Numbered from the stretch's first letter, positions 1-8,329 are shown. The stretch is DNA of 32,000 bases from Clostridiales bacterium (GCA_014799665.1 JAAVHP010000010.1:40085-72084), one strand, 5' to 3'. The notes: generated by a model from the sequence alone, not told the origin. Numbers and translations are program-made.

Positions 1-107
1 CATTTCGTATAGCCCTCTAAACCGTTCTTTGCTTGTAACAATACACTTTTGCAGTTAGGACAGCAAGCATAAAAGTACGGCACTTTTTCTTTTTTAATTT
101 CGTCCAC

Positions 108-587
108 TTATTTTTCTTTTATGTCCTCTTGTTGTATTTCTTGTAAATGCTTATTCATTTTCTTTATTTTTGCTTTGATTGAAAAAAATATGGAGCACCA
201 CATAATTACGTATACCGCAATAAATCCGCCAACGTAACCCAATGCGCCGTATAAGTAATGCGGCATCCAATTCATTATATAGCCTATTCCGAAGAACGGA
301 ACGGAAATAATAGCCAAATGCACTAATGTTTGCTTTAATAAACTCCATTTTTCGATTTCCCAAATCACGGACGAGCCGCCGCCGATAGCACCAATAAGAA
401 GCGAACAAATCATTTGTACGATTACTGCGGTTGTTTCGTTGCCGCCACACCAATCTATAAGTTCGTGTGGAGCAGGAAAATATTCGCCGTGCCCCATACA
501 AAGCGAAAAAATAATTGTTATAATTAAACTGACTAATACGCCGATAGGCGCACCCATAAGACTGCGAAATAAAATTTTCTTTTTCAT
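108..587 (-). CDS. DUF3021 family membrane protein
   Basis: 159-aa multi-TM ORF with the typical IWEIEKWSLLKQTLVHL segment. It starts 10 nt downstream of the LytTR gene stop, the usual LytTR-DUF3021 pairing. Confidence 0.8.
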   Translation of the reverse strand: MKKKILFRSLMGAPIGVLVSLIITIIFSLCMGHGEYFPAPHELIDWCGGNETTAVIVQMICSLLIGAIGGGSSVIWEIEKWSLLKQTLVHLAIISVPFFGIGYIMNWMPHYLYGALGYVGGFIAVYVIMWCSIFFSIKAKIKKMNKHLQEIQQEDIKEK

Positions 588-596
588 AGTATCACC

Positions 597-1037
597 TCAT
601 ATACCTAATGTTTTTTTGATTTTTGTAACGTATCGCCTCGAAACAAAACTAACATTTCCGTTTGACAACGATACGCAAATTGTTCCGACTGTGCTTAAAT
701 CGAATTTCTTTGCTTTTTTAATATTGATTATTTCCGAATTTGAAATACGCACAAAGCCCTTACTACTTAACCTTTCTTCAATTTCATATAAGCGTAAACG
801 TAAGACAAACTCTTTTTTTTCTGTAACAGCAAATACTTTTCCGACCGCTGCGTATATTCTGACTATATCTGTCGGTTCTAAAATCTGAACGACATCACCG
901 TCAAAACCAACAATTCCTTGCGGAGCTTCTTCCGATAGGCGTTGCATTAAAGCAGTAATTTCATCCGTCATTTTTTCGGTAATGATTATTACCTTTGTTT
1001 CCGAACAGTTTTCGTCAAGTTTGATTTCAACTTTCAA
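597..1037 (-). CDS. LytTR family DNA-binding protein
   Basis: 146 aa. The C-terminal half (FVRISNSEIINIKKAKKFD...RRYVTKIKKTLGI) matches the LytTR domain pattern. AGGAGG-type RBS upstream (aaggaggtttt before ATG). Confidence 0.85.
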   Translation of the reverse strand: MKVEIKLDENCSETKVIIITEKMTDEITALMQRLSEEAPQGIVGFDGDVVQILEPTDIVRIYAAVGKVFAVTEKKEFVLRLRLYEIEERLSSKGFVRISNSEIINIKKAKKFDLSTVGTICVSLSNGNVSFVSRRYVTKIKKTLGI

Positions 1038-1287
1038 ATTAAAACCTCCTTATGTAAAGCGCGCTTTTACGAATAAAGTATACTAAATTTATAGATACAT
1101 TTCAATTCTTTTACAATAGTCGGTCGATTTGAACATACAAGTGGTATTCGCCAAATAATAGGCGGCAATATTGCTTTTTAGTCGATTACAGTATTAGACA
1201 TAATTTACTATATAATGATAAATTTAGTTGTTCTATTTTTGATAAAATCATTGTGAGCTATTATTTATTTTTCGGTAAGAATTTTAT

Positions 1288-1474
1288 AGTTTTTGTGTCG
1301 CTTGTGCTTACCGTCTGGGGACGGAATACGCCGCCTTGCCAAATTGTAAAGGGCGACGATTTATCTCCCGTTAGGCATAAAATCGTCGTCCCCTACGGGG
1401 CAAACCCTTGACAATTTGACTGCGACGGCATTTTTTGCTGGTTAAGACGGTAAGCACCAAAGCGAACACAAAAT
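1288..1474. repeat. ~185-bp imperfect palindrome (nested inverted repeats) 45 nt upstream of the recombinase start
   Basis: Outer arms 1291-1316 (TTTTGTGTCGCTTGTGCTTACCGTCT) and 1445-1474 give about 24 pairs with two bulges. Second tier: 1330-1353 pairs with 1405-1429. Inner hairpins: CGACGATTT/AAATCGTCG (1354-1388) and CCCC-TAC-GGGG (1390-1400). Confidence 0.75.
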
Positions 1475-1519
1475 TTTTAAGCCGCAGTCCACAACGGACG
1501 GCGCAAAGGAGCAAACACT

Positions 1520-3196
1520 ATGAAAAACGCAGTAATCTACGCACGTTTTAGCTGTCATGGACAAAACGAACAGTCTATCGAGGGACAATTAGCCGAGTGC
1601 CACGCATTTGCACAGCGGAGCGAATTGCGCATAGTCCACGAGTACATAGACCGCGCTTTGACGGGTACAACGGACAAACGCCCCGAATTTTTACAAATGA
1701 TTGAGGACAGCAAGCGCAAAGGCTTTCAGTACGTTATCGTTTACCAGCTTGACCGCTTTGCCCGTAACCGCTACGACAGCGCAACGTACAAAGCAAAGCT
1801 GAAAAAGAACGGCGTGCGCGTGCTATCGGCAAAAGAGAATATCACGGACGACGCGAGCGGTATTTTAATCGAGGGCGTTTTGGAAAGTATGGCGGAATAC
1901 TATTCGGCGGAGCTATCGCAAAAGATAAAACGCGGTATGGCTTTAACCGCGTCAAAGTGCAAGTTTTTCGGCGGGTTTATTCCCTACGGCTACAAGGTGG
2001 ACGAGAACAAGCATTTTGCAATAAATGAGGGCACCGCGCCCGTAGTCAAGAAAATGTTTGAAATGCTTGCCAGCGGCTACAATTACGCCGATATTGCGCG
2101 CTATTTGAACGGGCGAGGAATACCGCCAGTGAGGGGCGAAAAGTGGAACAAAAACAGCTTTCACAGCATATTTGCAAACCGCAAATATTTGGGCAAATAC
2201 ATTTATCACGGCGAGGAAATAGACGGCGGTATGCCGCGCATTATCGACGACAAACTGTTTGACGAGGTGCAAGAGGTGTTGCGGAAATACGCCGCCGCTC
2301 CGTCGAGGGGCAAAGCCGTTGAGGAATACATATTATCGGAAAAATTGATATGCGGCAAGTGCGGCAATAAAATGACGGGTGTAAGCGGTAAAAGCAAGAA
2401 TAAAGAATTGTATTTTTATTATGCTTGTAACGGACACGTTAAAGGCAAATGCGACAAAAAAGCCGTCCGCAAACAGTTTATCGAGGACGAGGTTATTGCC
2501 GCCATAGTGGGCGAAAAAGGCATATTAAACGACGAGTATATAGACCTAATCGCCGCCGAAACTTATTTACTGATACAAGCCGAGCGGAACGACAGCGAGA
2601 TAAAACGGCTTGAAAAGGTTATTGCGGAAAATCAAGCGGCTATCAATAACTTAATGCAAGCACTAATGCGCGGTAAGATTGCCGACACGATTTTAGCGCA
2701 AATCGAAAAGTTAGAGAACGAGAACGCCGAGCTGAACGCAACTATTGAGAGCGAAAAGGCTTTACAAATCAATTACAGCTATGAAGACATACGCAAGTGG
2801 TTATTACATTTCAGAACGCTGGACTATTCCAAGAACAAAAACCGCAAAGCCCTTGTCGATACGTTCATTTATAGAGTTGTGCTTTACGACGATAAAATGA
2901 AAGTATTATTCCACTTAAAAGACGGGCAAAAGAACGAGTTGCTTATGAACTTGATTTTCCCCGATTACCCCGACGGCAACGGCGAAAGCGGGAGCGAGGA
3001 CGAAAACGGCGCAAAAGAAAAAGAAACCGATAAATCGGTTTCTTTTTCGGGGTGTTCTTATACCCCCGTAATGGTGCACCCAAAGAGACTCGAACTCCCA
3101 ACCTTCTGGTCCGTAGCCAGACGCTCTATCCAATTGCGCTATGAGTGCATATTATCTTCAAGCGTATTACCGCTTGCAACAAGTATTATATATTAA
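1520..3196 (+). CDS. Large serine recombinase (resolvase N-domain + recombinase domain + zinc ribbon + coiled coil); the last ~50-60 codons are read-through into host sequence
   Basis: N-terminal VIYARFSCHGQNEQSIEGQ (catalytic Ser motif). CGKCGNKM...YYACNGHVKGKCD zinc ribbon. Coiled-coil EIKRLEKVIAENQAAINNL. RBS AAAGGAG at 1505-1511. The ORF continues through a terminator hairpin (3018-3047) and antisense tRNA (3072-3148) before its first stop at 3196. Confidence 0.9.
   Translation: MKNAVIYARFSCHGQNEQSIEGQLAECHAFAQRSELRIVHEYIDRALTGTTDKRPEFLQMIEDSKRKGFQYVIVYQLDRFARNRYDSATYKAKLKKNGVRVLSAKENITDDASGILIEGVLESMAEYYSAELSQKIKRGMALTASKCKFFGGFIPYGYKVDENKHFAINEGTAPVVKKMFEMLASGYNYADIARYLNGRGIPPVRGEKWNKNSFHSIFANRKYLGKYIYHGEEIDGGMPRIIDDKLFDEVQEVLRKYAAAPSRGKAVEEYILSEKLICGKCGNKMTGVSGKSKNKELYFYYACNGHVKGKCDKKAVRKQFIEDEVIAAIVGEKGILNDEYIDLIAAETYLLIQAERNDSEIKRLEKVIAENQAAINNLMQALMRGKIADTILAQIEKLENENAELNATIESEKALQINYSYEDIRKWLLHFRTLDYSKNKNRKALVDTFIYRVVLYDDKMKVLFHLKDGQKNELLMNLIFPDYPDGNGESGSEDENGAKEKETDKSVSFSGCSYTPVMVHPKRLELPTFWSVARRSIQLRYECILSSSVLPLATSIIY
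3018..3047. terminator. Bidirectional rho-independent terminator (downstream of tRNA-Arg, lying inside the recombinase ORF)
   Basis: Stem AGAAACCGA / TCGGTTTCT with loop TAAA, flanked by an A-run and a T-run. Confidence 0.7.
3072..3148 (-). tRNA. tRNA-Arg (anticodon ACG), 77 nt with encoded CCA
   Basis: Reverse complement reads GCACTCATAGCGCAATTGGATAGAGCGTCTGGCTACGGACCAGAAGGTTGGGAGTTCGAGTCTCTTTGGGTGCACCA. 7-bp acceptor stem with one G-U. Anticodon stem TCTGG/CCAGA with loop CTACGGA. GTTCGAGTC T-loop. Confidence 0.9.
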
Positions 3197-3213
3197 AAGG
3201 TTTGTTTTGTCAA
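3185..3213 (-). promoter_or_regulatory. Consensus sigma-A type promoter for tRNA-Arg
   Basis: On the minus strand: TTGACA (3213..3208), 17-nt spacer, TATAAT (3190..3185), about 35 nt upstream of the tRNA 5' end. Confidence 0.7.
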
Positions 3214-3217
3214 GCAA

Positions 3218-4693
3218 TTACGCCGCGTAAATTTCAAAAACCCGAAATGTTTTACAAAGCAGGAATTTCTTGGCTTGTTCAATCGTTTGCTCCCCAACTT
3301 CACCGTCATCGCTTTTGGGCGGTATATTCTTTTTAACCGCTTTCCTGAATATTACGAAGTACGCTATAAGCATTGCTCCGCCCGTTATCGTCCACGACAA
3401 CGGATAAACGACGAGCAGCACCCAATACAGCGGGTACGCCGCGAACACGGTGTATATCCAAATAAGCCGCAGCACGCACGACCCGACTATGGTAAACACG
3501 GCGGGCAAAAGCGAATGCCCCATGCCGCGCAACGCGCCGCCCGCGATTTCGTAAAGGCACGGGATCATAGAGCCTATGCAAACACACCAAAGCCGCATGA
3601 CCGCATACTCGATCGCGACCTCGTCAGTCGTATAAATTCTTATAAACAATCTGCCGCCCGCAACGAATACCACGCTTAGCACGGTGGACACGACAAGTCC
3701 CGACAGCATATTTATCTTGAACGCTCGCCTACACCTATCGAACTCGCCCGCCGCGTAGTTCTGCCCAAAGAATGTAACAGTCGTTTGCGCAAACGCATTG
3801 ACGAAGAAATACACGTAGCTTTCGAAGTTCACCGCGTCGCCGCTGCCCGCCACCGCCTGCGCGCCGAACCCGTTTATAGAGGTCTGAATAAACACGTTGG
3901 CAATGGAAAATACCACGCCTTGGAGTCCCGCGGGCAAGCCGATCACGCAAATGCGGATAAGGTATTCCTTGCGGAACTTCGCACCGCGCTTCACTTTAAG
4001 CGATTCGTCCTTCATAATAAAAACAATGACGATAGCCGCGCTCAAATAGTTGGCTATGACGGTCGCCGTCGCAACGCCTGCAACGCTCATCTTGAACGCC
4101 GCCACAAACAGAATGTTACACCCCACGTTGACTATACCCGTCACGACGAGGATAAACAACGGCTTGCGCGTATCGCCCACACTGCGAAGTATCGCCGCGC
4201 CGAAGTTATACACCATTAGCGCAGGCATACCGATAAAGTAAATCCGTAGATACTCAATAGCAAGCGGCAACGCCTCGGGCGGAGTGTCCATGATCTTCAA
4301 CAGCGGCGCGGAAACACCGATACCCAGCCCCACAAGTATTACCCCGCTCACGAGCGCAATGATAAACGAAGTGAACACAACGCTATGAAGATCGTCGGTA
4401 CTGCTCTTGCCGACAAGCTCGGCGATAACGACCGTCGCACCGACCGACAGCCCCGTAAAAAGATTTATAATAAGATTGACGAGCGCGCCGTTGCTGTTCA
4501 CCGCGCTCTGCGCCACACTGCCCTCGAACCAGAAAATTACAGCCATATCCGCGGAAGTAAAAAGCTGCTGTAAAATTCCCGCGAGCGCGAGCGGCAACGC
4601 GAACAACAGCACGTTCTTAAACATAGGACCGTGCAGCATATCCATTTGCTTGCCCGCTGCGGCGCGATTGTGTTTTTTAAAGCCGAATAACAT
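3218..4693 (-). CDS. MATE family efflux transporter
   Basis: About 12 TM segments. N-terminus MLFGFKKHN...MFKNVLLFALPLALAGILQQLF is typical of MATE. The start was chosen at Met28 of the listed ORF (ATG at 4693); ATG at 4645 is an alternative. Confidence 0.8.
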   Translation of the reverse strand: MLFGFKKHNRAAAGKQMDMLHGPMFKNVLLFALPLALAGILQQLFTSADMAVIFWFEGSVAQSAVNSNGALVNLIINLFTGLSVGATVVIAELVGKSSTDDLHSVVFTSFIIALVSGVILVGLGIGVSAPLLKIMDTPPEALPLAIEYLRIYFIGMPALMVYNFGAAILRSVGDTRKPLFILVVTGIVNVGCNILFVAAFKMSVAGVATATVIANYLSAAIVIVFIMKDESLKVKRGAKFRKEYLIRICVIGLPAGLQGVVFSIANVFIQTSINGFGAQAVAGSGDAVNFESYVYFFVNAFAQTTVTFFGQNYAAGEFDRCRRAFKINMLSGLVVSTVLSVVFVAGGRLFIRIYTTDEVAIEYAVMRLWCVCIGSMIPCLYEIAGGALRGMGHSLLPAVFTIVGSCVLRLIWIYTVFAAYPLYWVLLVVYPLSWTITGGAMLIAYFVIFRKAVKKNIPPKSDDGEVGEQTIEQAKKFLLCKTFRVFEIYAA

Positions 4694-4770
4694 GGTTAAT
4701 ATTACCGAAATATGGTATAGCACTTTACGCAAATAAAAGCAATCGAATAAAGGCGGTTTATGCAGAAATA

Positions 4771-4968
4771 TCAAATGTTTTTATTGAACCGACAAATACC
4801 GTTTCACTTTAAAAACAAACGTAAGGTTTTCTTGCCCACTTCTATCCAAAAAGAAGTGTGGGTTATGTAAAAAATCCAATGTTTTTATTCAACCAACGAA
4901 TACTGTTCCCCCGAAAAAATAAACGTAAGGTTTTCTTGCCTACTTCTTTCCAAAAAGAAGTAGGTGGT
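4771..4968. repeat. Two tandem ~100-bp copies of the hairpin-led intergenic repeat, opposite orientation to the 10303 and 23099 copies
   Basis: Copy 1 is 4771-4863 and copy 2 is 4875-4968, period about 104 bp and roughly 80 percent alike by eye. Each ends in the hairpin CC(C/T)ACTTCT..AAAAAGAAGT(G)(T/A)GG preceded by GGTTTTCTTGCC. Confidence 0.75.
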
Positions 4969-4987
4969 AAAAATTTTCAAATATCGA

Positions 4988-5016
4988 TTGACAAAGATGT
5001 CGAATTATGCTATAAA
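4988..5016 (+). promoter_or_regulatory. Sigma-A type promoter with extended -10 for the rubrerythrin-like gene
   Basis: TTGACA 4988-4993, 17-nt spacer ending TGC, TATAAA 5011-5016. Confidence 0.65.
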
Positions 5017-5058
5017 TATTTTAACCACAAAACACTACAAAAAGAGAGGTAAAAAACT

Positions 5059-5583
5059 ATGAAAAGATGTGCAGTTTGCGGCGAGATCTTAGAGGACGGC
5101 GTTGACGTTTGCCCCGTATGCGGCGCTAAGAAATTCGAACCAGTAGGCGAAGCGAAATTCGCTTGCGAACACCATGTCGGCGACGGCAAGGTCGAAGATA
5201 AGGAAGTTACGGACGGGCTTAAAGCCAACTTCATGGGCGAATGCACCGAGGTCGGTATGTACCTTGCAATGGCGCGCGTCGCCGAGCGCGAGGGCTATCC
5301 CGAGATCGCCGAAGCATACAAGCGCTACGCTTACGAAGAAGCCGAGCACGCTTCCAAGTTCGCCGAGCTCTTGGGCGAAGTCGTGACCAATTCCACCAAA
5401 AAGAACCTCGAACTCCGTGCCGCCGCGGAAGCGGGCGCGTGCGAAGGCAAGCTCAAACTCGCTAAGCGCGCTAAGGAACTCGGCTACGACGCCATTCACG
5501 ACACCGTTCACGAAATGGCTAAGGACGAGGCACGTCACGGCGCAGGCTTCGCGGGAATGCTCAAACGCTACTTCGGCAAATAA
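5059..5583 (+). CDS. Rubrerythrin family protein with N-terminal rubredoxin-like Cys4 site (reverse-rubrerythrin arrangement)
   Basis: CAVCG-x10-CPVCG at the N-terminus, followed by a ferritin-like domain with EEAEH and DEARH di-iron motifs. RBS AGAGAGG upstream. Confidence 0.85.
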   Translation: MKRCAVCGEILEDGVDVCPVCGAKKFEPVGEAKFACEHHVGDGKVEDKEVTDGLKANFMGECTEVGMYLAMARVAEREGYPEIAEAYKRYAYEEAEHASKFAELLGEVVTNSTKKNLELRAAAEAGACEGKLKLAKRAKELGYDAIHDTVHEMAKDEARHGAGFAGMLKRYFGK

Positions 5584-5662
5584 GTAGCCGAATGCTACGC
5601 GATTGTCATGTGTAGGCGTGAGTAAATAATCGAGCGTTTCACCCGAATAATTACAGCAAAGC

Positions 5663-5699
5663 AAAAGACGGTTCGAACTTAGAACCGTCTTTTTATTTT
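5663..5699. terminator. Bidirectional rho-independent terminator
   Basis: AGACGGTTC / GAACCGTCT stem with a 7-nt loop. A-run before and TTTTTATTTT after. Lies between convergent genes. Confidence 0.85.
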
Positions 5700-5714
5700 C
5701 CGTTATTTTAATTA

Positions 5715-6113
5715 TTAGTTGTCGTCGCCGCCGACGTAATCTTTTTCGAGCGCATCTGCGGTGCGACCGACGAGTTCTACGATATTGCCGAGCGCCGACA
5801 GCGGAACGTAGTTCATATCGAGCGAAACTCTTACGTAGTAAAGGTCGCCCATTTTTTCAAGCGCGACGAAATACTTTTTGCCGATCAATTCAAGCGCCTT
5901 AGGCAAGCGGCTCGTCGCAATGTCGCCGACGCGCGAGAGAACCTCAACGACAAGGCGGTTTTGTTGTTGCTCGTGGTCGACGAGAACAAGCTGCGACCTC
6001 CGGTTGTCGTCGGGATAAACGAAAGTAATTTTAACTACGTCGCCGTTACCTCTATCGGTCTTGTACGTTGTGTCAAGATGTTTTTTTACGTCATCCCACG
6101 TGATTTTAGCCAT
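5715..6113 (-). CDS. Hypothetical cytoplasmic protein (possibly YbjN/chaperone-like fold)
   Basis: Clean 132-aa ORF. Start moved to the second Met (MAKITWDD) because AAGGAG sits 7 nt upstream of it. Family assignment is only a weak impression. Confidence 0.6.
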   Translation of the reverse strand: MAKITWDDVKKHLDTTYKTDRGNGDVVKITFVYPDDNRRSQLVLVDHEQQQNRLVVEVLSRVGDIATSRLPKALELIGKKYFVALEKMGDLYYVRVSLDMNYVPLSALGNIVELVGRTADALEKDYVGGDDN

Positions 6114-6150
6114 TGTCATTCTCCTTGTATTTATATTTTAATATGTTGAA

Positions 6151-6179
6151 AGTATATCATACCACCACCCCGTTGTCAA
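6151..6179 (-). promoter_or_regulatory. Candidate promoter for the 5715-6113 gene
   Basis: Minus strand: TTGACA (6179..6174), 17 nt, TATACT (6156..6151). Confidence 0.55.
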
Positions 6180-6192
6180 GGGGGATAGCCGA

Positions 6193-6234
6193 AATAAACA
6201 AACAAAATGGACAGGTCTTATGTTGCCTGTCCAT
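6193..6234 (-). terminator. Rho-independent terminator of the SHOCT membrane protein gene
   Basis: ATGGACAGG / CCTGTCCAT stem, followed on the minus strand by TTTTGTTTGTTT. Confidence 0.8.
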
Positions 6235-6238
6235 TTAC

Positions 6239-7165
6239 CTAAATACTGTTAAGGATATCGTTGCGCTTAGCGTCGTATTCTTCCTGAGTGATCAAGCCCT
6301 CGTCGAGTAGCGCGCGGAGCTTTTTCATTCTTTCGAGCGCGCTCTCGCCCGTAGCGTCGTCGGACCGTTTTTCGCCGTCGGCGGCGCCGCTATCGTCCTT
6401 GGTCTTACCCGAATTTTCGAGCGCGGTGTTTGCGGTGATGATCAGCCTGCGCCTATCGGTGCGCCAGAACACTATGCCCGACAGCGACAGCGTAACTACG
6501 GCAATACCGAAGAACGCGGCTACCCAGCCGTTCGAAATGATATGCAACGCGTACGGCACGGATTCCATACCGTGCGGCGTAATAGTAAAAGCAGTGAGCA
6601 ACAGCGAGATATAAAAATCGATATAGAATGAAGATACGCCCGACATGATTTGGTACGGCAAAAGCGTTTTGCGGTATTTAATGTAGTTCATCACTATATT
6701 CGATACCATGCCGAACTGTAACGAAACGATAAGCGACGCGCGAATAACGTTGAGCGAATTTATTACGCTCTGCTCCACCGCTTCCGCTTCACCGTAAACT
6801 ACGTTATTGAAAATGCTTATAATTTGCCAGACGCAGGTTATCCACAAAACCGCGCATAGCCCGATTATCGCCAGGAACACTATCGCGATTATAAAGAACT
6901 TTTTGTCCTTGACCCGTTCGATAACACGCACCCACGGAAGCGCGGCAAGCGCGGTGAACCCGACTATACATATCGAAAAAACGATCCCGTAGCCCGTGGA
7001 ATTAAGCTTGATCAATCGGAACGTCGAGAACATGAGAATTGCGGCGGATATGATAATAACGCAAATTCCGGCAAGCTGAACGTAACGGTACAGCCTGCCC
7101 TCGTTATTCTTCGCCCCGACGTCGAACTCGTCGTGACCTACGAAATTGAAATTGAAAAAACCCAT
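6239..7165 (-). CDS. Multi-pass membrane protein with C-terminal SHOCT domain
   Basis: About 7 TM segments, then an acidic linker and ERMKKLRALLDEGLITQEEYDAKRNDIL, the SHOCT signature. Confidence 0.75.
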   Translation of the reverse strand: MGFFNFNFVGHDEFDVGAKNNEGRLYRYVQLAGICVIIISAAILMFSTFRLIKLNSTGYGIVFSICIVGFTALAALPWVRVIERVKDKKFFIIAIVFLAIIGLCAVLWITCVWQIISIFNNVVYGEAEAVEQSVINSLNVIRASLIVSLQFGMVSNIVMNYIKYRKTLLPYQIMSGVSSFYIDFYISLLLTAFTITPHGMESVPYALHIISNGWVAAFFGIAVVTLSLSGIVFWRTDRRRLIITANTALENSGKTKDDSGAADGEKRSDDATGESALERMKKLRALLDEGLITQEEYDAKRNDILNSI

Positions 7166-7249
7166 GTTATTATCCCTACAATATATCTACGCCCGTCGAT
7201 AATTTTTACTTCGATAATTTTTAATTATTAATTTTTAATTGTTAATTGG

Positions 7250-7741
7250 TCAAAACTCTATCTCTTTGATTTCGTCGGGAACGTAGATATCGAGCTCCTC
7301 GTCGATACTCGCGTCGGTTATTTTCTCGGCGGGAAGCACGAGGTATTTCGCGTCACCCTCGGCAAGCAGGTTGCCGTCCATATCGAAAATATCGCAGTGC
7401 GCAGAGTACGCGCGCGAAAGCTTTTTGGTGTAGTATCCCCTGCCTTTGAGCGGCGTATCGTACGGCACGGGCTTGTGGTACTTGACCGCTATATCCATAG
7501 TCACGCCAATCTTGGTCGGCTCGTCCACCCACAAAACTCTGCCCGCGAGCTCGTCGATCATGGTAGCTAACATACCGCCGTGGACGCGACCGGGATAGCT
7601 CTGGTGTTCGGGACGGAAAGTGAACAGTCCGCCGCACGAGCCGTCTTCCATATTATAGAACTGACCGCGAACGCCCGCCTCGTTGTTCATACCGCAAATA
7701 AGGCACATATGCGAATTGTTTTGCTTAGATACTACTTTCAT
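7250..7741 (-). CDS. PaaI-family hotdog-fold thioesterase
   Basis: CLICGMNNEAG N-terminal motif and RVHGGMLATMIDELAG core, typical of PaaI/4HBT thioesterases. Confidence 0.75.
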   Translation of the reverse strand: MKVVSKQNNSHMCLICGMNNEAGVRGQFYNMEDGSCGGLFTFRPEHQSYPGRVHGGMLATMIDELAGRVLWVDEPTKIGVTMDIAVKYHKPVPYDTPLKGRGYYTKKLSRAYSAHCDIFDMDGNLLAEGDAKYLVLPAEKITDASIDEELDIYVPDEIKEIEF

Positions 7742-7900
7742 ATTCTCATCCTCTTGTTTTTCAATATTATATACCCGCCGAGAAATATTGTCAAATGCAA
7801 AATCGCTTCACTCTAATTCTAATCAAATTCTAATCAATATAATATCCTAATCTAATAATCGCGTACTATAATAAAACCATAAAATCGTTTGGAGGAACCC

Positions 7901-8224
7901 ATGTCAAGCAAGGAAAGAAAAATCGACCAATTCTTATCGATCATCATACTGTTACTGTACGCAGTGATCATAGCGATCAAGTGGGCAATGGTCTATACCG
8001 ACGTACCGGCAACGGCGATACAGGCGATCGACATCATACGCACGATCGTGCTGTGCCTGATATTCCTGGTCGTGCTGTACAACGCGTGCGGCTGGACGAA
8101 CAACCTCATACTCAAACTGTTATTCCTCGTTATCGCGCTGTTCCTTATCGCGTCGGCGATAGCGGTGCAGGTCCCGGTGGTGCAGGAGTATTTCGTCGCC
8201 AACGGCATACCGCTCATACTGTAA
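7901..8224 (+). CDS. Small hypothetical membrane protein (3 TM)
   Basis: GGAGG at 7891-7895, 5 nt before ATG 7901. Hydrophobic 107-aa product. Terminator follows. Confidence 0.6.
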   Translation: MSSKERKIDQFLSIIILLLYAVIIAIKWAMVYTDVPATAIQAIDIIRTIVLCLIFLVVLYNACGWTNNLILKLLFLVIALFLIASAIAVQVPVVQEYFVANGIPLIL

Positions 8225-8257
8225 ACTGGCTTAGAACCCAAAAAACAGGGCAAAATC

Positions 8258-8289
8258 GGGTGCAAACTTAGTGTTTGCGCCCTTTTTTT
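8258..8289 (+). terminator. Rho-independent terminator
   Basis: GGGTGCAAAC / GTTTGCGCCC stem with one G-U, loop TTAGT, then TTTTTTT. Confidence 0.8.
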
Positions 8290-8300
8290 ATCAATAAAAA

Positions 8301-8329
8301 TTGACAATCTCGCGGGGTTGTGGTACAAT
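8301..8329 (+). promoter_or_regulatory. Near-consensus sigma-A promoter with extended -10
   Basis: TTGACA 8301-8306, 17-nt spacer, TGgTACAAT 8321-8329. Predicted TSS near 8336, about 305 nt upstream of the next start codon. Confidence 0.75.

Larger units (their letters stand above)
1..3060. mobile_element. Partial integrated element (left end outside window): AT-rich LytTR/DUF3021 cargo plus large serine recombinase, abutting tRNA-Arg
   Basis: Composition is visibly more AT-rich than the rest of the window. The recombinase gene points at the 3' end of a tRNA gene. The LytTR+DUF3021 pair is a common accessory module. The exact right boundary was not determined. Confidence 0.5.

Noticed and set aside
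1-107. Possible further minus-strand gene starting at ATG 3..1 (GAGGG 9 nt upstream), downstream of the DUF3021 gene
   Set aside because: Only the start codon lies inside the window, so nothing can be supported.
1105-1195. LytTR-type direct-repeat binding sites (AGTCGGTCGATT at about 1118 and TAGTCGATT at about 1180) upstream of the LytTR operon
   Set aside because: The spacing of about 60 bp does not fit the usual 9-bp repeats 12 bp apart, and the match is short in AT-rich DNA.
3049-3196. C-terminal ~50 residues of the recombinase ORF (VHPKRLELPTFWSVARRSIQLRYEC...) as a genuine protein domain
   Set aside because: This stretch is the antisense translation of tRNA-Arg and its promoter region, so it is not a conserved recombinase domain.
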